This document shows positions 10,877 through 25,597 of a DNA stretch of 63,077 bases, piece after piece. The position numbers were made by a program, and so were the translations under genes. The stretch's first letter is position 1, and every line of letters begins with the position of its first letter. Under the pieces are notes generated by a model that did not search any database, was not told where the DNA came from, and saw only the letters and a list, made by a program, of their open reading frames with translations. This DNA comes from Gammaproteobacteria bacterium (lineage in GTDB: Bacteria > Pseudomonadota > Gammaproteobacteria > Pseudomonadales > Cellvibrionaceae): NCBI GenBank assembly GCA_022600975.1, contig JAHZJJ010000168.1, positions 1 to 63,077 on the forward strand, written 5' to 3'.

Positions 10877-13800
10877 ATGACACAGCCTTTTGTTCATTTG
10901 CGCGTGCACTCGGAGTTTTCCCTGGTCGACGGGCTGGTGCGGATTAAACCAATGGTGAACAGCACCGCCGAGTTGGGGATGCCCGCAGTCGCGTTGACTG
11001 ATCAGACGAACTTTTATGGCCAAGTTAAATTTTATAAAGCCTGCATGGCCGCCGGCATCAAGCCGATTACCGGAGCGGATTTCTGGCTGCGCGAGGGCAC
11101 AGAAGGTGAACCGGCGTTGCTTACGCTCTATGCTTTGAATAACAGTGGTTATCGCAAAATTACCGAATTGATCACTCGTGCCTGGGTGGAAGGGCAATAC
11201 CACGGTAATGCCTATGTGCAGCGTGAGTGGTTGCAAGCCTGCAGCGAAGGCGTGCTGATGTTGTCTGGTGCCAAATATGGTGATGTTGGGCGGGCTCTGA
11301 TTGCCGGGCGGAATAATGAAGCCGAAGTGCTGGCACAGAAATGGGCGGCTCTTTTCCCGGGGCGCTACTATATCGAGCTGCAGCGCACAGGCCGCCTTGG
11401 AGATGAAGAATACCTGCATAAAGCCGTGGCTTTGGCGAGCAAATTAAATTTACCGGTGGTGGCTACGAATGATGTTCGCTTTTTGCAGAGCAGCGAGTTT
11501 GAGGCCCACGAGGTGAGGGTATGCATTGCCGAAGGCCGCGCTCTGGATGACCCTCGTCGCGAACGCCGCTATGCTGCCGAGCAGTTTTTCCGCTCCCCAG
11601 CAGAGATGCAGGCGTTGTTCAATGATATTCCTGAGGCGCTGCAAAATACGGTAGAAATTGCCCGGCGCTGCTCGTCACCTATTCAGTTGGGCAAGCATTT
11701 TCTGCCCGCATTTTCAGTGCCCGAGGGTATGGATGAAAACCAGTTTCTGAAACAGGTTTCTTTTGCTGGCATGGAGTCTCGATTGGAGGGGGTTCTCAAT
11801 AAATCCGCAGCGGACTACGACGAACGGCGCAGGGTCTATGAAGAGCGATTACGCTTCGAGCTAGATATTATCACTCAAATGGGATTCCCCGGTTACTTTC
11901 TAATTGTGATGGATTTTATCCAGTGGGCCAAGGAGCGCGATATTTCTGTAGGACCAGGGCGAGGCTCCGGTGCCGGTTCGCTGGTTGCCTATGCACTCAA
12001 TATTACCGATCTTGACCCATTGCAATATGACCTGCTATTCGAACGTTTCCTGAATCCCGAACGGGTTTCCATGCCTGACTTTGATATCGACTTTTGTATG
12101 GAAAAACGCGACCAGGTTATCGGCTATGTGGCCGAGAATTATGGCCGTGAAGCCGTAAGCCAGATTATTACTTTTGGCACTATGGCAGCCAAAGCGGTGG
12201 TGCGGGATGTGGCTCGGGTGCAAGGTAAGTCTTACGGCCTGGCAGATAAATTGTCAAAAATGATCCCGCCGGATGTGGGTATGACCTTACAAAAAGCCTT
12301 TGATCAGGAGGAGTTACTGCGAGATTTTCTCGATGCTGATGAAGAGGCGCAGGAAATTTGGGAGATGGCGGTACAGCTTGAAGGCTGCACCCGCAATGTG
12401 GGTAAGCATGCGGGTGGGGTGGTTATCGCCCCCACCAAGCTCACCGACTTTTCACCGCTTTACTGCGATGAAGCCGGTGGCGGCTTAGTGACGCAGTTTG
12501 ATAAGAATGATGTGGAGGATGTCGGACTGGTAAAGTTTGACTTCCTAGGTCTGCGCACCTTGACTATTATCGATTGGGCCCGGCGTATGGTGGATATAAG
12601 GCGCCAGAGTGAGGGGCAGGCGCCGTTGAATATTGCCAGGTTGCCGCTGGATGACGCATCGACCTTTAAGATGCTGAAACAGGCCAAAACCACGGCAGTG
12701 TTCCAGTTGGAATCCCGTGGCATGATGGAGCTGATTAAGCGCCTGCAACCAGATAGTTTTGAGGATTTGATTGCATTGGTAGCGTTGTTTCGTCCCGGCC
12801 CGCTGCAGTCCGGAATGGTTGATGATTTTATCAACCGCAAGCATGGTCGCGCCCAAGTGGCCTACCCGGATAGTAAGTATCAGCACCCGAAATTAAAGCC
12901 TATTCTCGAGCCTACATACGGCGTCATTGTCTACCAAGAACAGGTGATGCAGATCGCCCAGGAGTTGGCCGGTTATACCCTCGGCGGAGCAGATCTGCTG
13001 CGCCGCGCCATGGGCAAGAAAAAGCCTGAGGAAATGGCCAAACAGCGAGAATTTTTTGAAACTGGAGCCAAGGAGCAGGGCGTTGATCCGGAGCTGGCGG
13101 TCAAAATTTTTGATCTAGTGGAAAAATTTGCCGGCTACGGTTTTAACAAATCTCACTCTGCCGCCTATGCGTTGGTATCTTATCAAACCGCCTGGTTAAA
13201 AGCGCATTATCCCGCTCAATTTATGGCTGCTACTATGTCTTCGGACATGGATAAAACCGAGAAAGTGGTAACTTTTATTGAAGAGTGTCGGGCCATGGAG
13301 CTGGTCTTGGTGCCGCCGGACGTTAATCTTGGTAATTATCAATTTTCAGTTGACGCGGACAATCGGATCATTTATGGGCTCGGGGCTATTAAGGGTTTGG
13401 GTGAGGGTCCGGTGGAAAGCATTATTGCGGTGCGTCAAGAGGCTGGCCCTTTTCTCAATTTATTTGATTTTTGTTGTCGTGTAGATCCACGTAAAGTGAA
13501 TAAGCGGGCGCTGGAGGCATTAGTGCGCTCCGGCGCTCTGGACAGCATAGGCCCAGGTACAGAGGGTGTGGATGGACTAAATTATTCTCGAGCAGCACTG
13601 TTTGATGCACTTGAAGAAGCGGTTAAGGGGGCAGAACAGCAGAGCAAAAATGAGACTGCTGGCATGATGGACCTGTTTGGTCAGGTGGTACCGTCGGCTG
13701 CGGAAGGTGATGTGTATGCCGAATTCCTCCGCACTCGCCCCTGGAATATTCGCGAGCGTCTGGAAGGAGAGAAAAATACTCTGGGTCTGTATCTTACCGG

Positions 13801-14416
13801 CCATCCTATCGATGAGTATCAAGATGAGTTGAAACATCTGGTAAAAGTACGCATTGCCGATTTAAAGTTGGGTGGTGGCGAAGCTCAGAAAGTGGCCGGC
13901 TTGGTGGTGGGTATGCGGGTGATGAAAACCCGGCGCGGAGATGCCATGGCCATTGTTACTCTCGACGATCGCAGTGGGCGTATTGAAGCGGCGGTGTTCA
14001 GTGAGGTTTTTCGCCAGCATCGAGATAAGCTGGTCAAGGATGCGTTGTTGGTATTAGAGGGGACTATTGCTCAGGATGACTACAATGGGGGCCTAAAAAT
14101 GTCGGTCAATGGAGTTTCTACCCTGGAAGAGTTGCGCAATGGCAGCGTGGATGCAGTGTGTTTAAAGTTAGACAGTGCCCAGATGCCGATCGAATTTGTG
14201 CAGCGTATCAAGGCCTGTTTGAATCTTTATGTCGGTGGCACTTGCCCGGTAAGGGTGGAGCTGGAGCGCAGTGATGCGCGCGGCACTTTTTGCCTTGCAG
14301 AACAGTGGCGCATAGAGCCCAGTGACCAACTCATTCAGTCGCTGCGCGAGTTGCTGGGGCGGGAACGGGTAATGCTCAGCTACACTGAACAGCAGCATGG
14401 AGGGCGATCCACTTGA
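10877..14416 (+). CDS. dnaE: DNA polymerase III subunit alpha
   Basis: PHP domain (HLRVHSEFSLVDG), GPGRGSGAGS, RVSMPDFDIDF, GYGFNKSH and OB fold; 1179 aa, no intein-sized insert. Confidence 0.99.
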   Translation: MTQPFVHLRVHSEFSLVDGLVRIKPMVNSTAELGMPAVALTDQTNFYGQVKFYKACMAAGIKPITGADFWLREGTEGEPALLTLYALNNSGYRKITELITRAWVEGQYHGNAYVQREWLQACSEGVLMLSGAKYGDVGRALIAGRNNEAEVLAQKWAALFPGRYYIELQRTGRLGDEEYLHKAVALASKLNLPVVATNDVRFLQSSEFEAHEVRVCIAEGRALDDPRRERRYAAEQFFRSPAEMQALFNDIPEALQNTVEIARRCSSPIQLGKHFLPAFSVPEGMDENQFLKQVSFAGMESRLEGVLNKSAADYDERRRVYEERLRFELDIITQMGFPGYFLIVMDFIQWAKERDISVGPGRGSGAGSLVAYALNITDLDPLQYDLLFERFLNPERVSMPDFDIDFCMEKRDQVIGYVAENYGREAVSQIITFGTMAAKAVVRDVARVQGKSYGLADKLSKMIPPDVGMTLQKAFDQEELLRDFLDADEEAQEIWEMAVQLEGCTRNVGKHAGGVVIAPTKLTDFSPLYCDEAGGGLVTQFDKNDVEDVGLVKFDFLGLRTLTIIDWARRMVDIRRQSEGQAPLNIARLPLDDASTFKMLKQAKTTAVFQLESRGMMELIKRLQPDSFEDLIALVALFRPGPLQSGMVDDFINRKHGRAQVAYPDSKYQHPKLKPILEPTYGVIVYQEQVMQIAQELAGYTLGGADLLRRAMGKKKPEEMAKQREFFETGAKEQGVDPELAVKIFDLVEKFAGYGFNKSHSAAYALVSYQTAWLKAHYPAQFMAATMSSDMDKTEKVVTFIEECRAMELVLVPPDVNLGNYQFSVDADNRIIYGLGAIKGLGEGPVESIIAVRQEAGPFLNLFDFCCRVDPRKVNKRALEALVRSGALDSIGPGTEGVDGLNYSRAALFDALEEAVKGAEQQSKNETAGMMDLFGQVVPSAAEGDVYAEFLRTRPWNIRERLEGEKNTLGLYLTGHPIDEYQDELKHLVKVRIADLKLGGGEAQKVAGLVVGMRVMKTRRGDAMAIVTLDDRSGRIEAAVFSEVFRQHRDKLVKDALLVLEGTIAQDDYNGGLKMSVNGVSTLEELRNGSVDAVCLKLDSAQMPIEFVQRIKACLNLYVGGTCPVRVELERSDARGTFCLAEQWRIEPSDQLIQSLRELLGRERVMLSYTEQQHGGRST

Positions 14417-14585
14417 GGTTGTTGTCAGATTGAGCTCGACTGACCGTTTTGCGGCGAGTAAGCTACGCCACCTCAGCGGCCTGGCACGCTGCGGCTTTTG
14501 ATCTTGCCCGGTGGCAACAAGCACGGCGATGGCTATCCAGGGTTTTACTGTTTACGGAATTGAAGAATGACAAGGCGCGAACAGA

Positions 14586-15542
14586 ATGAATTTTAGTTTT
14601 CTTGAGTTTGAACAGCCAATTGCTGTGTTGGAAAGCAAAATTAAAGAGCTGCAGCATGTAAGTGATGATCATGGGCTCAACATTGCCGATGAGATCAGCC
14701 GGCTGAGAGAAGAGAGTAAAAAACTCACTGCCTCTATTTATGCCGACCTGTCTCCCTGGCAGGTGGTGCAGGTGGCACGTCATCCTCAGCGACCTTATGC
14801 ACAGGATTATATCCAACGTATGTTTACCGATTGGGATGAGTTGCATGGCGATCGCCATTTCGGTGATGACAAGGCCATTATTGCTGGTATTGCGCGCCTC
14901 GAGGGTCGGCCGGTGGCGGTCATAGGCGAGGAAAAAGGCCGCACTGTTAATGACAAGGTGATGCGCAATTTCGGTATGCCTAAGCCAGAAGGTTATCGCA
15001 AGGCCCAGCGTATTATGGAGATGGCCGAGCGATTTAATTTGCCAATACTGACTTTGATTGATACACCTGGAGCCTATCCAGGAATCGACAGCGAAGAGCG
15101 CGGCATCAGCGAAGCCATTGCCAAAAATTTGGCGGTCATGTCGCGTTTGCGTACCCCGATTATATGCACGGTGATTGGCGAGGGTTCCTCTGGAGGAGCG
15201 CTGGCCATTGGTGTGGGCGATCAGCTCAATATGTTGCAGTATGCCACCTATTTTGTAATCTCACCGGAAGGTTGTGCCAATATCATTTGGAAAACCGTAG
15301 AAAAAGCACCCTTGGCAGCAGAGGCCATGGGTGTGACTTCAGGTGTTTTGGAGGAGCTTGGCATCGTCGATGAAACTATTTCGGAACCCGCTGGTGGTGC
15401 GCACCGCGATCCGGATCTGATGGCGGAGCGCCTGCGTGAGCACCTGGTCCTGCAACTGGATCAGCTACAGGGCGTTGCGTTGGATGAGCTGTTGGAAAAA
15501 CGCTATCAACGCTTGATGAGTTACGGTCAACCTATGAGCTAA
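14586..15542 (+). CDS. accA: Acetyl-CoA carboxylase carboxyltransferase subunit alpha
   Basis: [28 protein letters not shown] and GEGSSGGAL; follows dnaE. Confidence 0.98.
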   Translation: MNFSFLEFEQPIAVLESKIKELQHVSDDHGLNIADEISRLREESKKLTASIYADLSPWQVVQVARHPQRPYAQDYIQRMFTDWDELHGDRHFGDDKAIIAGIARLEGRPVAVIGEEKGRTVNDKVMRNFGMPKPEGYRKAQRIMEMAERFNLPILTLIDTPGAYPGIDSEERGISEAIAKNLAVMSRLRTPIICTVIGEGSSGGALAIGVGDQLNMLQYATYFVISPEGCANIIWKTVEKAPLAAEAMGVTSGVLEELGIVDETISEPAGGAHRDPDLMAERLREHLVLQLDQLQGVALDELLEKRYQRLMSYGQPMS

Positions 15543-15575
15543 GCTAGGCCCTGAGCCCTATAAATGCAAAATTGT

Positions 15576-15708
15576 TTAATCTATAAGCCGCAGTTGAGCG
15601 CGCAGAAGCTGTGTAAGTTATTGGTGTAGATGGCGATTTTTAAAATTTGCTAGGTGCGTCAAGAACTTGTGCTAATTTGCGTGATTCAACTGCGGTTTTT
15701 AGGTTTAA
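15576..15708. mobile_element. MITE-like dispersed repeat, copy A (internally deleted)
   Basis: Imperfect ~20-bp terminal IRs (AATCTATAAGCCGCAGTTGA ... TCAACTGCGGTTTTTAGGTT) with TTAA at both ends; the reverse complement matches 45961-46132 at 119/133 positions. Confidence 0.8.
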
Positions 15709-15725
15709 CGGCTTTTTGGAGCGAG

Positions 15726-17015
15726 TTGAAATTGCTAGAGTTAACAGCAGCCGTAACTGCAGTGCTTTCTCGCTATCCCTGTGAGGGGCGGCTCTGGCTC
15801 GGTTATTCAGGGGGGCTGGATTCGACGGTACTGTTGCATATTCTTACTGCTCAGCAAATCCCACTACAGCTCCTACACATCAATCACGGTCTGTCTCCCT
15901 TTGCAGCAATGTGGCAGGCGCATTGCGTTGCAACTGCCGCGGCTTTAAATATCCCTATTGTGGTACAACAGGTGAAGGTGTCTACTGCTGCCGGCGGCTT
16001 GGAGCAGGGCGCCCGTCGAGCTCGTTATGCTGTATTTGAACAACTACTGACACCCGGTGATCAAATGCTGCTGGGGCACCACGGGGATGATCAGGCAGAA
16101 ACGCTGTTGTTGAGGTTGTTGCGAGGCGCTGGAAATCTAGGTCTTGCCGCGATGGCGGAAACTAGGCCGCTCGGCTCCGGCAGTCTGCTGCGGCCTCTGT
16201 TGGCGGTGAGTCGCCGTCAACTTGAGGAGTATGCCCGTCAGCTGCAATTACGCTGGATTGAGGATGACAGCAATAGTGATGAAGCTTTGCAGCGTAATTA
16301 TCTGCGCTTGCGGGTTATGCCTTTGTTGTCAGCGCGCTGGCCCCTAGTGGAGCGGGCGGCCCGCGCCTCTGCCAACTTGCGAGAATCGGCGCAGCTGTTA
16401 CAAGAAGTTGCGCTGGAAGATCTACAGCGCTGCGACCGTCGCCGCGCGCGTTTTGGAGAAAGTATTGATATTGTCGCACTGCGAGAATTATCCTCACAGC
16501 GTCGTAACAATCTTGTACGCGGTTGGTTGTCAGCACTCTGCGCGGCCACACCGGAAGCGCCGCAACTATATCAGGCACTACAACAAGGGTTAAATGCGGC
16601 TGCTGACAGCCGGTTGGCGGTGGGGCTCGGCGGTTTGGTGTTGCGACGCTTTCGCGCACGACTTTATCTGACGCCACCCTTGCCTGCTAGGCGGGAAATA
16701 AGCGAATGGTGCTGGGATGGCGTTAGCGTACTAAACTTGCCCGGTGGAGGCCAATTGTATCCTTCGTTGGAATGGCCTGCAGGTCGGTATCTGGTTACCT
16801 TGCGTAAAGGAGGTGAGCGCGCCAAGCCCCGCTGCCGCCAGCATTCACAAACCCTCAAGAAGCTGCTGCAGGAAATGGCTTTGGAGCCTTGGTTGAGAAA
16901 CTGGGTGCCGCTGATCTATGGCGATGGTGAACTGCTGGCGGTGGGGGATTTATTTGTCTGCTCGAAGCAGTTGAAAGAGGCCCCCAAATGGCTCTTCGGC
17001 AGCATTTCTGATTGA
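15726..17015 (+). CDS. tilS: tRNA(Ile)-lysidine synthetase
   Basis: PP-loop GYSGGLDS, HINHGL, GHHGDDQAET and RPLL. Start is probably TTG 15726/15732 after GGAG; the longer ORF runs into the MITE. Confidence 0.95.
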   Translation: MKLLELTAAVTAVLSRYPCEGRLWLGYSGGLDSTVLLHILTAQQIPLQLLHINHGLSPFAAMWQAHCVATAAALNIPIVVQQVKVSTAAGGLEQGARRARYAVFEQLLTPGDQMLLGHHGDDQAETLLLRLLRGAGNLGLAAMAETRPLGSGSLLRPLLAVSRRQLEEYARQLQLRWIEDDSNSDEALQRNYLRLRVMPLLSARWPLVERAARASANLRESAQLLQEVALEDLQRCDRRRARFGESIDIVALRELSSQRRNNLVRGWLSALCAATPEAPQLYQALQQGLNAAADSRLAVGLGGLVLRRFRARLYLTPPLPARREISEWCWDGVSVLNLPGGGQLYPSLEWPAGRYLVTLRKGGERAKPRCRQHSQTLKKLLQEMALEPWLRNWVPLIYGDGELLAVGDLFVCSKQLKEAPKWLFGSISD

Positions 17016-17048
17016 GGAAAAAAACGCTTTCTGGTAATCTGACTTCCC
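17012..17048 (+). promoter_or_regulatory. Candidate sigma70 promoter of pyrG
   Basis: TTGAGG-17-TAATCT with extended TG; predicted start falls on CCC (17046-17048). Confidence 0.45.
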
Positions 17049-17070
17049 ATCTTAACGGCACCGGGAATGA

Positions 17071-18768
<1,698 letters not shown>

Positions 18769-18809
18769 ATGCCGCTTAACTGGAACTTTAAAAAGAATTT
18801 AATAGGTGA

Positions 18810-19658
<849 letters not shown>

Positions 19659-19678
19659 CACGCCTTATTATTTTATAA

Positions 19679-20980
<1,302 letters not shown>

Positions 20981-21085
20981 ATGGTGTTTAACACAATTGC
21001 TGGTTTAGGCGTGAAGGGTAGTATCGGGTGCTGAGTTAGACGGATTTTGGCAACGTTAAATGTTGTTATTGTGCGGGCAAGTTTT

Positions 21086-21412
21086 ATGAAATGGTTGCTG
21101 GCCGTTTTAGTCGTGCTGCTACTGACGACACAGTTTCGCCTGTGGGTGGGAGAGGGCAGCCTGGCTGAAATGGTCAGGCTCAAGCGCCAGTTGCAGCAGC
21201 AACAGGAACAAAATACTTTACTTGAAAGCCGCAATCGCCAACTGCTGCGAGAAGTGCGTAGCATGAAGGAGGGCACCGCCGGCATTGAAGCGAAGGCGCG
21301 CAATGACCTGGGGATGATAAAAAAAGGGGAAACCTTGTTTGTTTTTTTTGATCCGGAAGAGTCAAAGCGAAGTGAAGCTGTTGTAACTACCAAAGGCAAC
21401 AATAGTGAATAG
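21086..21412 (+). CDS. ftsB: Cell division protein FtsB
   Basis: N-terminal TM helix, coiled coil and ARNDLGMIKKGETLF; between eno and ispD. Confidence 0.92.
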   Translation: MKWLLAVLVVLLLTTQFRLWVGEGSLAEMVRLKRQLQQQQEQNTLLESRNRQLLREVRSMKEGTAGIEAKARNDLGMIKKGETLFVFFDPEESKRSEAVVTTKGNNSE

Positions 21413-22151
21413 GGCTTTTTGGGTCGTTGTTCCGGCTGCCGGGGGCGGTAAGCGGATGGGTGCCGGAGTGCCCAAACAATATCTTCCGCTGCTTGGAAAC
21501 CCATTGCTTTCACATACTTTGCGCAACATCTTTGGGTGGCCCCAAATTGCCGGGGTGGTGGTGGCGCTGGCCGAGGGGGATGCCGAATTTTCACGCTTGC
21601 CCGAAGCGCGCCATCCGCTGCTGCACACGGTGGTGGGTGGTGCCGAGCGCGCGCATTCTGTACTTGTAGCGCTCGATTATCTTCTCGCAGAAGCACTACT
21701 GCCCCACGATACGCCAGTGTTGGTGCATGATGCTGCGCGCCCCTGTGTGGCGGCAGAGGATATTGCCGCATTGATGCAGCCGACAGTATCAGCGATAGCA
21801 CTGTTGGCTCAGCCGGTCATCGACACAGTCAAACTTGCAGGCAGCCAGGAAGCGGTGCTTGTGGTCGATAAAACCTTGCCAAGAGAAAAGCTCTGGTTAG
21901 CTCAGACGCCTCAGCGGGCGCCACTGCTGCAGTTGCATCGCGCTTTAAGTGATGCACTTAACAGTGGAGCGGAAGTTACCGATGAAGCCAATGCCTTGGA
22001 GCGGGCTGGTTTTACTCCGCAAATAATTCCTGCTCGGCACAATAACCTCAAGGTGACCCACCCCGAGGATTTAATACTTGCCGAAGCCTTATTGCGTTCA
22101 CACGTTGACAAGGCGCTTTCCAGCAATGATTACCAGGATTTTTATCGATGA
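21405..22151 (+). CDS. ispD: 2-C-methyl-D-erythritol 4-phosphate cytidylyltransferase
   Basis: [25 protein letters not shown] and [10 protein letters not shown]. Confidence 0.96.
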   Translation: MNRAFWVVVPAAGGGKRMGAGVPKQYLPLLGNPLLSHTLRNIFGWPQIAGVVVALAEGDAEFSRLPEARHPLLHTVVGGAERAHSVLVALDYLLAEALLPHDTPVLVHDAARPCVAAEDIAALMQPTVSAIALLAQPVIDTVKLAGSQEAVLVVDKTLPREKLWLAQTPQRAPLLQLHRALSDALNSGAEVTDEANALERAGFTPQIIPARHNNLKVTHPEDLILAEALLRSHVDKALSSNDYQDFYR

Positions 22152-22633
22152 GTTTTCGTATCGGCCAAGGCATTGATGTCCATGCCTTTGGTCCAGGGGG
22201 TCAAATTATCCTCGGTGGAGTGGTTATACCCTATAGTCGGGGTTTAGTTGCACATTCCGATGGAGATGTATTGTTACATGCATTGATGGATGCCCTGTTA
22301 GGTGCGCTTGCACTGGGGGATATCGGTCAACATTTTCCAGATAGTGCCAGTGCATATTCGGGCATCGACAGTCGTGAGTTATTGTGCAGGGTGATGAAAC
22401 TTGTGCTCGCCAAAGGGTATCACCTCGTCAACACTGATATTACACTGATTGCCGAAGCCCCCAAAATGGCGCCGTATATTGAGGCAATGCGTGGCAATAT
22501 CGCAATGGATTGTCAGTTGGGCATAGAAGCGGTGAGTGTCAAAGCCACAACCAGTGAAAAACTGGGGTTTATTGGGCGTGGTGAGGGCATCGCTGCGCAG
22601 GTGATTGTGTTGTTGGACGCTCACAATGTCTGA
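22148..22633 (+). CDS. ispF: 2-C-methyl-D-erythritol 2,4-cyclodiphosphate synthase
   Basis: [21 protein letters not shown] and [11 protein letters not shown]. Confidence 0.98.
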   Translation: MSFRIGQGIDVHAFGPGGQIILGGVVIPYSRGLVAHSDGDVLLHALMDALLGALALGDIGQHFPDSASAYSGIDSRELLCRVMKLVLAKGYHLVNTDITLIAEAPKMAPYIEAMRGNIAMDCQLGIEAVSVKATTSEKLGFIGRGEGIAAQVIVLLDAHNV

Positions 22634-23618
22634 GTATTTGCCAGAGAAACCCTGGTCACTGGATTGGGCGCGGGCACTGGGCGGCGCGACAATCCATGCA
22701 GATTTCCGTAGTTGCCCGGAAGATTTCCAGGTCGATGAGATGGCTGCCCCTGAAGAGGGAAATGAGGGAGAACACGTTTATTTACGGATACAAAAGCGCA
22801 CTGCCAATACCAATTGGGTGGCAGAGCAACTGGCTAGGCTCGCTGGTGTGCGGGTTCGGGATGTGGGATTTTATGGTTTAAAGGATCGCCATGCGCTGAC
22901 GACCCAATGGTTTAGTGTGTGGTTGGGGCAAAAACCGGAGCCTCAATGGCAGGCGCTTAATAGTGAAGCCATAACCCTGTTAGATCATCGTCGTGGAGCG
23001 AGGAAATTGCGCCGGGGCGACCATAGTGGCAATCGCTTTGCAATATTGCTGCGTAATATTCACGGTGATCGCAGTGCTGCAGAGCAAGTGTTAACACAGC
23101 TAGAGCACGGGGTGCCCAATTATTTTGGGGAACAGCGATTTGGTCGTAATGGCAACAACTTAGAAACTGTGCGCCAATTGGTGGCCGCGCCAGATGTGCG
23201 TCGGCGGGTGGCGCCTGCGCAGAGAAAGTTTGCCTTGTCTGCGGCACGTAGTTGGCTGTTCAATCAAGTGCTAGCGGGACGTGTGCGCCAAGGTGATTGG
23301 TATCAAAGATTGGTGGGTGAGCCTCAGCAACTACCGACCGGCCCTCTGTGGGGTCGTGGGCGCAACCTCGCCACATTGGATCAGCTGGCGTTGGAACAGT
23401 TATTATTGACCCCCTGGAGTGCTTGGTGTGAATGGCTGGAACACTGTGGATTGCATCAGGAGCGTCGCGCACTGGTGTTGCGCCCAGCAGCATTTAGTTA
23501 TACTTGGCAGGAAAATAATCTATTTCTCCAGTTTACCTTACCCCCAGGCAGTTTTGCCACTGCACTGTTGCGTGAAGTGGCTGAATTGACCAGTGTACCC
23601 AATGCCAGAATAACCTGA
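22626..23618 (+). CDS. truD: tRNA pseudouridine(13) synthase
   Basis: [32 protein letters not shown] and [10 protein letters not shown]. Confidence 0.96.
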   Translation: MSEYLPEKPWSLDWARALGGATIHADFRSCPEDFQVDEMAAPEEGNEGEHVYLRIQKRTANTNWVAEQLARLAGVRVRDVGFYGLKDRHALTTQWFSVWLGQKPEPQWQALNSEAITLLDHRRGARKLRRGDHSGNRFAILLRNIHGDRSAAEQVLTQLEHGVPNYFGEQRFGRNGNNLETVRQLVAAPDVRRRVAPAQRKFALSAARSWLFNQVLAGRVRQGDWYQRLVGEPQQLPTGPLWGRGRNLATLDQLALEQLLLTPWSAWCEWLEHCGLHQERRALVLRPAAFSYTWQENNLFLQFTLPPGSFATALLREVAELTSVPNARIT

Positions 23619-23714
23619 GTGTCGAGTTCGGTCGGAGCGATAAGAGCGGGTTATTGTGTTTAAACCGCTCTAAGGTTTAGCAGCTTCAATGATGCAAAAA
23701 TTTTCAGGAACATT

Positions 23715-24386
23715 ATGAATTCATTGAAACATGAAGGTCTGGGAATGACCTCTCGGCGCACGCGTAATCGTTTGATTCAACGCTTGCGGGAGGAGGGTAT
23801 AGCCAATGAAGCGGTACTGAAGGTTATGGCGTCTACACCACGGCATCTATTTTTGGATGAGGCTTTGGCTATTCGCGCTTACGAAGATACTTCACTACCT
23901 ATTGGTTACGGCCAAACTATTTCCCAACCCTTTATTGTTGCACGGATGACCGAGCTTTTATTGAGTCGCGCCAAATCGCGTCAACGAGTGCTGGAAATCG
24001 GCACAGGCTGTGGTTACCAAGCTGCTATTTTGGCCCAGCTGGTGGAAAAAGTGTATTCGGTAGAGCGCATTTTGCCGCTTTTGGAGCAGGCTCGACGACG
24101 GTTGCGGGAGCTTGGGATATTTAATGTGGAGACGCAACTTAGCGGCGGCGGTTTTGGTTGGCCGGAGCAGGGGCCTTTTGATGCTATTTTGGTGACGGCC
24201 GCACCGCCGGAAATTCCAGAAGAGTTGAAGCAGCAGCTGACGCCCGGAGGGGTAATGGTTTTGCCGGTAGGAAGTGAGCAGCAGTTTTTAACCGTGGTTA
24301 GTCGCCGTGCCGATAGTGATCAATTTGATTTGGAGCGCTCAGAAGCGGTACGCTTTGTGCCTCTGTTGGGAGGGGTGGTGAAATGA
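23715..24386 (+). CDS. pcm: Protein-L-isoaspartate O-methyltransferase
   Basis: GMTSRRTRNRL, QTISQPFIVARM, VLEIGTGCGYQ and GPFDAI. Confidence 0.97.
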   Translation: MNSLKHEGLGMTSRRTRNRLIQRLREEGIANEAVLKVMASTPRHLFLDEALAIRAYEDTSLPIGYGQTISQPFIVARMTELLLSRAKSRQRVLEIGTGCGYQAAILAQLVEKVYSVERILPLLEQARRRLRELGIFNVETQLSGGGFGWPEQGPFDAILVTAAPPEIPEELKQQLTPGGVMVLPVGSEQQFLTVVSRRADSDQFDLERSEAVRFVPLLGGVVK

Positions 24387-25288
24387 GATTGCGCAGCCGT
24401 TACTGGGGTATTGCTGCGCGGGGGCTGGCCATGGGTGCCGCCGACGTGGTTCCCGGTGTTTCCGGCGGTACTATTGCTTTTATCTCCGGCATTTATCAGG
24501 AATTGCTCGATTCCATCAGCAGCATTGGCCCCAAAACTCTGCAAACACTGCTACAGCAAGGCCCGGCGGCTAGTTGGCGGCAGATGAACGGCAATTTTTT
24601 ATTGGCGCTGTTTACGGGCATCGTTATTAGTATTTTTAGCTTGGCGAAAATTATAAGTTTTCTACTGGAGAATCATCCGATTGTTGTCTGGTCTTTTTTC
24701 TTTGGCTTGATTTTGGCCTCAGTGGTTTCAGTGATTAGGCGTGTGCCCCACTGGCTCTGGTATTGTTACCTTTTTTTTACAGTTGGTGTTGCCGTTTCCT
24801 TGGTGATAGGTGAGATGCGGCCAATAACTATTGCAGCAACGCCGCAGGCACTGTTTTTTTCCGGTTCCTTGGCTATTTGCGCAATGCTTCTGCCGGGTAT
24901 CTCTGGCTCCTTTATTCTGTTGATGATTGGGATTTACCCGCAAGTTATTGCTGCTGTACATCAGTTTAATATTGCCAGTTTGAGTTGGTTTGCTGCGGGC
25001 GCAGCAATAGGGCTACTGCTTTTTAGTCGTTTGTTGTCATGGCTGTTGCACCGTTACTTTTCCGCTACACTGGCCTTTCTTGGAGGTGTTCTGCTTGGCA
25101 GTTTAAAGATTGTCTGGCCCTGGAAACTCCATAGTGATCATCAGCTACCGCCGTTGATGTTCAATGTATCGCCATTGGATTTCACGGCCCAGACTGGTGA
25201 AACAGCGCAGCTGGGGGTGGCGGTTCTGGCTTCGATTCTGGCTTTATTGTTAGTGTTTATGCTGGAGTGGTTTGCTCGGAATCATTAA
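24383..25288 (+). CDS. DUF368 family membrane protein (undecaprenyl-phosphate recycling translocase family)
   Basis: Repeated motifs MGAADVVPGVSGGTIA and CAMLLPGISGSFILL; polytopic. Confidence 0.9.
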   Translation: MRLRSRYWGIAARGLAMGAADVVPGVSGGTIAFISGIYQELLDSISSIGPKTLQTLLQQGPAASWRQMNGNFLLALFTGIVISIFSLAKIISFLLENHPIVVWSFFFGLILASVVSVIRRVPHWLWYCYLFFTVGVAVSLVIGEMRPITIAATPQALFFSGSLAICAMLLPGISGSFILLMIGIYPQVIAAVHQFNIASLSWFAAGAAIGLLLFSRLLSWLLHRYFSATLAFLGGVLLGSLKIVWPWKLHSDHQLPPLMFNVSPLDFTAQTGETAQLGVAVLASILALLLVFMLEWFARNH

Positions 25289-25597
25289 CTATAGTTGTCC
25301 GAAAGGTGATTATTTTGAGTAAATAAAATAAACTGGATGGGAGATGGTATTGCAACAAACAACTACTCAAAAGGGTTCGACAGGCAAATCAACAAACTTA
25401 AAAACTGAAGTGTTTAACTCTGGTTTGGTTTTGAGCGTTAGTTGTTGTGACTATATTATTCAACGTTTTTAGATAATTTTTCTAAACAAAGAGCGCTGTT
25501 GATTTAAAAAGTGAATAATGAAGCGGTGTTTAAAAAATACAAAAACGTTATTTTTAACTCAGTGAACATCGAATTCTGGCGTTGTGAGAATTTTAGG

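Noticed and set aside
10877-14416. Intein or split in dnaE
   Set aside because: Continuous 1179-aa ORF of normal length with no visible insertion.
15654-15725. N-terminal extension of TilS in the ORF track
   Set aside because: It is translated from MITE sequence; a GGAG RBS precedes TTG at 15726/15732.
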